A stretch of DNA of 64,000 nucleotides from Amoebophrya sp. A120. Taxonomy: Eukaryota > Protista > Dinoflagellata. The notes beneath the pieces are model-generated. The model had not been told where the DNA came from, searched no databases, and saw only the letters and a list, made by a program, of their open reading frames with translations. Location: NCBI GenBank assembly GCA_905178155.1, contig CAJINV010000003.1, positions 4,747,863 to 4,811,862 on the forward strand, in the 5' to 3' direction. Position 1 is the stretch's first letter, and every line of letters starts with the position of its first letter. Positions 56,285 to 64,000 of this stretch are shown here, piece by piece. The translations under genes were made by a program, and so were the position numbers.

Positions 56285-59200
56285 CTACCCGGTGAGTGTC
56301 TTGCAGGCGGTGCGTATTTCCGCCATGGAAAACCAGTCTGTGACGGCCTCGCCCGTGTCTTCGCCGGCACGGCACCGACGAAAACCGCTGTCGCAGTTTC
56401 CAGTGGTTGATTTCCGCAGGACGGTTTCTGCCAGGTGAGACGAGAGCAGGCGCTCCTTGACTGCAACCAGCAGTGCGAAGCGCTTGTCCGCGCGCTCACG
56501 ACAGAGCGTGGTAGCGGACGGCTCCGAGGTTGTACTAGTTCCGCCTGGGGAAGAGGGAGATTTCGACGCGTCCTTGCTCTCCGTTTCGTCGTCGGCGGAG
56601 CCGCTGCTTGGTTCAGCTGTGGCCTCTGTTGTATCGGTCCAGAAAACCGAGAAGACTGAGCTGAAAAAGTCTTCCTCTGGTGGTGGCGAGCTGACAACAG
56701 TTGGCTTCGACTTTGCCACCGGCGTGCTGGTGCCGCTGGTCTGCTCCTTACCGGCTGCGCTACTTCCGCCTGACGACACATCCGTGGTCTCGCCGTCGTT
56801 AGAGGTGGACGGGGTGGAGGTACTGGCAGCGCACTTGTCACCGTGGTACATTTTGCTAAGCTCCCGAAAGTTTTTTCGTACCATGCTGGCGCCGCGAGCC
56901 TGTTTCTGCTGCGACGTGAGGCCCTGCAGGCAAAACAACTCCGCAAACGTGATCGGATCTGGACCCACGGGCGCGCCTTTTTTACCGGCCTTGTTGCCGG
57001 GACCGGCCGCGCCATTATTTGCACCCGATTTATTATTGCTCTGTTTTGCACCGCCGGAGGCGTTTGCTCCGCCGTTCCTTGAGCCTGTCGAAGCACCGTC
57101 TTGACCACCTCCGTTTGATGCTGAACCGGGCTCCTCCTCCGCCAGGTTGTAAAACTGACTGTACACGAGGAAGAAGAACTTTTCGTAGGGCTGCGTCACA
57201 TACTGGCTCCAATACATCTCCGGATAGTGCATGATGTAGGGCCGGTACAGGCTCCACAGGATCTGCCGGTACTCGGCGTCTTTCCGCAGCTGCTTGTTTT
57301 CGTACCGCTTGTCGCTTTTTTCGACCAAGTCAAACACCGTGGCCAAAAGCGGCGCCAGCACAACGCCACCCAGATACCTCCGGTCAAAATTCAGCGCGCC
57401 AGAAAGCCAACGTGTGGACAGTTCTCGGCGCCGCTCGACTAGGCTCCGGAGCGACTCTTGGCACTCCTGAAAGATTTTCGGCTCCCCTTCGCTCGAGTCA
57501 TCTGTTTTAGTGCTCTTGTTGTCTATCACAGTCCACTTCGGAAACTCGAACTCGCTCGCCCAGGTGCACTCAGTCACAAGAACAGGCGGAGAGGCTGCAG
57601 GTGCCGTTCCATTTTTCGCACTAGCAGACACTGTGGTCGTCGTACTGCTCCCCCGGTGCGGATAGGCGGAAAAATCCGCCTCCCTCTTGCCTTTTGAATT
57701 CGGCGGCAGGAAGTGCTCGGCAGCCCAGATCAAATTTTCGATCACTGACCGGTCTGCATCCGATAATGCTGCAGAGGAACGAACTGGCGACGCACTACTT
57801 GTTTCTTCGCCTCCTCCGCCTTGTTTTTGTGCTTCTTGGTTTGTGGCTTTTTTCTTCTTGTTGTTATTCTTCTTCTTTCGTCCCGGCTGCACGGAGGCGT
57901 CTTTCATCTCGTTCGTGCCAGCGTCTGAAGAAGTTCGCAGCAGCTCTGTTTGTCTGTAATGCGCGATTGCGCGCTTCCACCAGCGCGCGGCCGCATCTTC
58001 GTCATCGCGACCCAATTCGTCCTGCACGAATACGGGAAAGTGCCCCGGCAGACATTTGAAGACGCGCTGCGCCCCAACCGCGTGTAGCTGTTTCGTGGTG
58101 GGGTTCGGAACAAATAGCTGCTCCGAATCTTCTTCCTCGCCGTCCGTCCCCGCAGCATCGCCTGTCGTGCCACGTTTGTTTTTATCCAGATCGAGCTCGT
58201 CCTCGCTGTCCTCCTCAGCCTTGCTCTTTTTGTGGAAGTCCTCGGCTTTTTTCTTCGCTTCGTCCACCGCTTTCGTCCGAACGCGGCCAACAATCTTGTA
58301 AGTCGGCCGCCCCATCACCTTCTGCTGCGCGGCCTCCAGCTTTTCCTCCCCGATGTCGGAGGGAAAAACCACTTGCTGCGAGGAGGAAAAACCACCTGCT
58401 GCACCTGTCTTCTTGTTCGCCGACGCGGAAATTTTGATCCACTTCTCGTCCTCGCAACTCAGCAGCCGCCGGCACCCGCTCAGCGGCACCTGGTTGGTCC
58501 ACATTTCCCGCTCGGCGTCCGGGATGTCGGTGTATTTAGCGAATTTCGTCTCGTCGTCCGGAGGTGGATCTTGATCTTCGTCTTCGGGGGGTGACGACTT
58601 CTTGAAGAACATGTTTTCGAAACCCTCGACGTCGTTCACCATCTCCCAGTTCCCGTCGTGGCAGTAGAGGCGCTCGATGGAGCTCAGGTCCGTTTGCACC
58701 GTGGGGCGCCGCGTGTCGGACCGCACAAAGTCCGGTACCGGACAGGAGGGCGCGATCCACTGGCCGTGCTCCACAAACACCACGGGCTGCGTCCGCCCGT
58801 TGTTCTTGGTCCGCATGGTTTGGAAGGGCTTGCCCGGAGGATGGAAGTAGGTGCCGCTGTAGGTCCGCAGGTTCCCGTCGCGGAACTCGTCCAGCAGGCA
58901 GCTGGACTGGTGCACGCAGGCCAGCGGGTCGAACTGCGACCACACGCCGTCCTTCTCGCAACTCAGGACCTGCTTGTGCCGCAGCAAGGCGTCGCGGAAG
59001 TCGCCGGCACACTCGAACCGCAGGTCGGACCCGTACGCGACCTCATGCTTGCGCCACTGCCGCGTGCCGTCCGGCAGGTCCACCGGCTCCTCCTCGTCAA
59101 ATTCATCTTCTTGTTCGTCCTGCGAGTCAGGCTCGTGGTCGTGGTTGTTATCTACGGTCGTGGAGGTTGTACTACTCTTCATGTGGTCCTCTCTCTTCCG

Positions 59201-61760
59201 CTTCGCCTTGTCTTTGGTGAAGAACGTACGGTAGAACTGCTCGTCGCGAACGATGCGCATGTTGTACTTCGTGTCCAGTTATGCATTGCAAATATGTCTG
59301 GGTCTGGAAGGTTGCAACTTGTGATGCTGCCTTTGGATTCTACACAGAATCTGTGTTGCATGATCAGCAGAAAAGGCCCTGTCTTTGCTACGCGGGGAGG
59401 GCATTTCTCGTGCAGTATAGGCGTCAGAAAGTCCTCAAAAAATCTGTGATGCTAGGGCATGCATCACAAACATCATGGGTCATGCAGAATGTGCATGACA
59501 GGCGCTGCATTCTTCCAGACCCAGACATATTTGCATTTGATACCAGTTCTCCTTCCACCTGGTCGTTGATAATGCTGTCGATTCCGGGGCAAAAGACCGT
59601 GGCAAGGCGCTCCTTTTCCTTTTCGCTCTCCTCCAGCTCGCGCTGGCGGCGCTCCTCCTGCTCCCGCCGCCGCTGCCGGCGCCACTCGCGGTCCTCCGCT
59701 TCTTGCTGTCGCTCGTACTCCTCATCCTCCATGTACTCGTATTCGTCGTGTTCCCCGGTGAAAAAGTTCTTGTACGAACGCCGATTGGCTCCCCCATCTT
59801 CGCCCGTGGCATTTTCATCATGTTCGTCCGCGGAGTTGCCACTACCCTCGCTGTCGTCATCATGTCCGCTTGTGCTGGCGCTCTTTTCGCTCTTGTTATC
59901 GCCTTCTTTATTTCCAGACTTCTTCGATTTCTCCCCCGTGCTTTTCGCCGCGGAGTCTGCGGCCTCATCGTCAATGTCTTCCTCTGCAGCAAAAAACTGG
60001 GCGCGGAGGATGAAGTCCTTCCACTCCCCTGCGGAACAGCCGCCGGCGGCTTTGCTTTCTTTTGTAGATACAGTTGTACTGCTCCCTCCAGATAGGTAAT
60101 TTACGGCTGAGTCGTAGTATCCGAACAGACTACATGACTTCACCACACTCGTTCTGCTCTTCATCTTCTTGTTGCTGCTTGTTCCTTTGGAGGTGGACTT
60201 ACTGGCGCCACTTGAAGATGCACCAGCTGCACCTGGCGTCGCCTTCCGCCAGCGGCCCGGCTTCATGCTCCAACCGGTGTAGGTCTCAGCCCAAGCGGCC
60301 AAGCTCAAGGAGGCGAGCAGTCCCTTACCTTGGTTCACCGCCGTATAATAGAGTTCTGAGGACCCGTCCAGAACGAATGAGCCTCCGAGATTGTAGAACC
60401 AAGTATCGATACTGCCAAGCTGCTGCCATGGCAGTAAGAGGTCCACGCGCACCTCTTCGTAGGTGTAACTAAACAGCTCGCCGAACGACATGGACGTTGC
60501 AGCCACACCAGGAAGATCTGCGCCGGAATACAAACTGGCGAGCGAGGAGGACAGCCAGTAGTACGGACCAACAAACGGCATGGCGCACACCGTGAGTACT
60601 TGGGCGGGTATGTAGACACCGAGGAGATAGGTGAAAGCCTTGACGAAGCAAAAAATCGTGTGCACAACAGAACCGACCATTCCGCTCCCGAGCACAAGAA
60701 AATGCGTTGCCACGACCGTGACTTTCGCCGCGAGCAGGATTGCCGCTAGACACACCCGTCCAAGTAGGCCATACCGCCAAAAGACCCCATGCAAGACGGC
60801 GGCCGTGACGCAAATCTCGAAAAGGAATAGAAGGGCCGTCAGCTTCGGCCGCGTGTGATGTGGCGTTTCAACTAAAGACGCTTGTCCTTCTTCCGAGCGG
60901 CCCTCGTCCGCTGTTGCAGCGGCCGCGGCGTTTCGAAGGAGAGCGGACGGAGCTGCTGCAGTCGTCGGTGTGGCGGCAGGGGAGGCCTGTTGCGAACTTG
61001 GCGACTTCATCGCAGCTGTCGTGCTGCTGGCGGTCGGCTTTTCCTTCTTCTTCCAAAAGTTCGTGTTTGAGGACGAGGAAGATCCTCTCAACTTGCTTTC
61101 GATGCGTTTTTGCAAAAACTGGAACAGCTGACCTAGTCGCTCCTTGCCGGGCGAATAGACACAGTTTCGGAGGATGTGGTCCCAAGAGTGGCGAGACGCT
61201 CGATACTTCCTCGAAAGGCGGTTCTCTGTCACGACGCGGAAACCGAAGGTCAGGACTGCGAGCACGAGTGCGCGAAGCCCGAGCACCACAACCGGCAATT
61301 TCTTCATAGCCGCAAATGCGCAGAATTGGATAAATGTTGCTGCCTCGCCAGAAAAAACTCTTAGTCTGCTTTTGTAGCTCGGGCCGACAAGAGCGACGTC
61401 CTTGTCATCACGGCACTCTGCTGCACGGCCTGATTCAAGAGACGCAGCACCAGCGGATGTAGCATCAGCCAACCTGCTTCCCGGAGGTCGTGGTGAGGGA
61501 GTCAACACTGTCGTCTTTTTTCCCCCGCCAGAACCGGTCGTGTGCTTCGACGGTGGTGCATTTCGATCCTCTTGGTCGCTGCCGACGTGGTCTATCCTCG
61601 CCGAAGCTCCTCCTGCTGGTTCCCGAAAGAGCCAGCTGCGCACTCGACACAACATGGAAAGGGAGGGTGAGCGCACGATTGGAAGTTTTTTACGCGAACC
61701 AGTGCCTGCTGCGGGGGTTGATGCAGTGGATCTCTTGTCGACGTCTACCGGGGAACCCAT
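56285..61760 (-). CDS. Large membrane protein with sushi/CCP-like Cys modules and a C-terminal J-domain-like region (HGD)
   Basis: ORFs 59424..61760 and 56285..59260 join in frame after introner removal (EGEL|DTKY). TM cluster; YGSDLRFEC...LSCEKDGVWS..PLAC; VRKNFRELSKMYHGDKC...RFALLVAVKERL. Confidence 0.7.
59280..59542. mobile_element. Introner in the sushi/J-like gene
   Basis: TIR with perfect 24-bp core TGCAAATATGTCTGGGTCTGGAAG, TAT...ATA ends, TSD CCAGT (59275-59279, 59543-59547). Confidence 0.9.
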
Positions 61761-62683
61761 ACTGCGAAAGCCCTTATTTGTTCACCAGTTTCGTCACAAA
61801 GTAGAGGTCGACTTGTAGAGGTAGTCGTCGGGCAATCGCGCAGCGCGTCGTGCTCTTGTCGCTCTTCCTGGAATTCAACTGTCGTGAATTTTCACGATGA
61901 AGCACCTGGTACTGGTCGCTTCAGCATGTTTTCAAATGATTTCTTGGAAATTTGAAGTTCTACCTGATAATGAAAATGAAACTGCGGAAAGGGAAGACAT
62001 TAAATTGAGGGGGGATCAGAGCCGGACATGGATACCGGTGGGTAGTTCAATCAATAGAGCTCGAAAAGTATCGGCAGGGGACCGACCAACCAAACTAAAA
62101 CTCAAAAAGAGGGTCGTCAGCGCACGGCGAAATGAAAACGAAAAAAGTACAAGTATTCGGAAAAATCAGGGGTTACTTGGAAGAATGGGTGGGCCAGACG
62201 AAACTACTTCTAGGTGGGATTGATATGAGTGGACTGTGGAGCGTAACAGCGATCAGTCGGGAATCCAATTTGATTTGTCAGAATCAGAGACAGAGAGAAG
62301 GAGAACCAATCGGACGTCAACCGTTTTATCATGGTAGCATGAGTAAAGGTATTTTACGTCTCCGGATGACTATAGTACTTACAGCACATTTTGACCATCT
62401 TCTGTGATAACCTGCGGAACAGATTGTGATGTGTGTGTCGAAAATCGTCGTTGATCTTTTTCAGCAGCTACAGGTCCCTTTCGTCGAATTGAAAGATTGA
62501 CAGGCATCTCGAAAGTTTAGCGAACAGCCAAATTATAGCCACTCACGTGCTCACTTGGACCACATGGTGCGGGTTCCAAAGGTGGTAGGTTTTGACTGTA
62601 AACTTTGATCCTGTGTTCGTGGACACCCGAGTCAAGGGCATATCTCTTCTTCATTGCCGACTACATTCAATCTCGAATGGGCA

Positions 62684-63112
62684 CTAGCTCCCCATCGGAA
62701 CAACGTTTCCTTCCTCCTCAACTACTGGACCTGTGGGTGCCTTTGGCGTCCCGTGCATCGCTTTTTTCGCGCTGGTAACCGGGCCCTTGTTGAGTGCCAA
62801 GTCCAGCGCATCTCGTTTTACTTTGAGCCGCTCCAAAGAGCGCAGCATCTCCTTGGGTGGCGGTGGGTAGTCCCAAATGGCGAAGTACTTCGGTTTTCCC
62901 CCAAAATCATTGGCGGTCTTGAAGATTCCCTTGAAGTTATCCCCAAACACGCCGTCCCCGTGTCCATCTGCTATGTCGTGCTCCAGAACGCCGGGACCCA
63001 TCGGGAAGGGTGCGTATTTCTCCGCGAGCGGGGCCGGGAGCTCCGTTACCGCCTCTACTGCTTGGCAGACCATTGGGTGCTGAGTAAAACAGGTGCGCAG
63101 AACCCCGACCAT
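62684..63112 (-). CDS. Hypothetical protein or terminal exon, 142 aa
   Basis: Protein-like ORF on the block strand; no motif recognised. Confidence 0.5.
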   Translation of the reverse strand: MVGVLRTCFTQHPMVCQAVEAVTELPAPLAEKYAPFPMGPGVLEHDIADGHGDGVFGDNFKGIFKTANDFGGKPKYFAIWDYPPPPKEMLRSLERLKVKRDALDLALNKGPVTSAKKAMHGTPKAPTGPVVEEEGNVVPMGS

Positions 63113-63779
63113 GCTATTTTCTAGTGTTTCACGTGAATCTGATGCTGATGATCATGATCATGTGCAGCCGAAACTGAAACAACTTACTACTACATCGTCG
63201 TTTGCGAAGTCGAGGCTTTCAGCCCCCACCTGGTCCAGGTTCTCGCTCGTCTTTTCTTCTTTTACAGAAAGGGAACGATAATCTATTGCAAGAGCCACGA
63301 GACGTTGAAACGAGCTAACACTGACCTGTTTCGTTTTGAACCCTTATAGAAGCTGCACGAAGATACATCAGACAGCCCAGCGTTGTAAACCCGACGACCT
63401 GACGAGTACGAACTTCAACTTGTACGGGAGCGCCGCGTACCACGATACCACCACCAGCCCACATTTATTGAGAAAGTCGTAAAACCGATAGAGTGACAAG
63501 CTTAAGCACTTACGTAAGCCCCGATCTTCACAGAACAGCAGATGAAAGCTACCTGCTCTACTTTTCGTCGCCCCACAAGCTGGAATAGATGAAAGTGCCG
63601 AGCCATTTGTTCGAGGGGCCTAGTTAAGTAAATGTCAGTGTCTTCGAAGATGCTCCCCGTTTACATTCATTAGTACACGGACATGAGGCAGCACAGGTCC
63701 TCGCTTGCAGAGCAATACGTTGTCGAAATTGTACAACAATTGACGTGAGCAACAACATTCATTTAGTTGCTATTGGTTT

Positions 63780-64000
63780 TCAGGCCAACTTCGCAACTTG
63801 ATCGAGTTCCGCCGCAAACCACTGCGACAGTTCTTCTGTGAACATTTCAGGCACGGCCCGTTCCGAGCGATGTACTGCCGACCAAAACGAGAGTTTGCAG
63901 TTTTCGCCCGATTGCCGTCGTTGAAGTACCTCGGCAAGCACGTCAACGTGAGCCTGGCCGCACTCTTCCACGCTCTGCATACCGGTTCCCGGAACGTTCC
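63780..64000 (-). CDS. 3' end of a gene running off the window
   Basis: Open frame to the window edge ending ...ELDQVAKLA*. Confidence 0.4.
   Translation of the reverse strand, partial: NVPGTGMQSVEECGQAHVDVLAEVLQRRQSGENCKLSFWSAVHRSERAVPEMFTEELSQWFAAELDQVAKLA

Overview
Eukaryotic DNA, most likely an Amoebophrya-like syndinian alveolate (inference from co-oriented gene blocks, low-complexity-rich proteins and non-canonical introns with terminal inverted repeats, TIRs). The window has two parts. Right part (~32-64 kb): a minus-strand host gene block encoding an IQ-motif protein, a TPR-like protein, an atypical SDR, SENP8/DEN1, a SAM methyltransferase, a beta-propeller repeat protein, a small membrane protein and a sushi/J-like membrane protein. 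Four MITE-like introners (TAT...ATA ends, 5-bp target-site duplications, TSDs) interrupt three of these genes, and removing each restores the reading frame. Left part (~1-30.7 kb): a plus-strand block with no recognisable housekeeping gene. It holds a 1952-aa ORF with hAT-like DDE transposase motifs; a spliced gene resembling the HhH-derived 5-hmdU DNA kinase helical domain (aGPT-Pplase1); a ~1600-aa spliced gene with a candidate 2OG-Fe(II) dioxygenase motif set; an H1-like basic protein; and seven non-coding copies of a TGTAAC-N4-GTTACA palindrome, which I did not find in the host block. Best hypothesis: a giant DNA transposon carrying thymine/5hmU base-modification and chromatin cargo. All protein assignments come from motif recognition by eye; no searches were run and the element's ends were not found.
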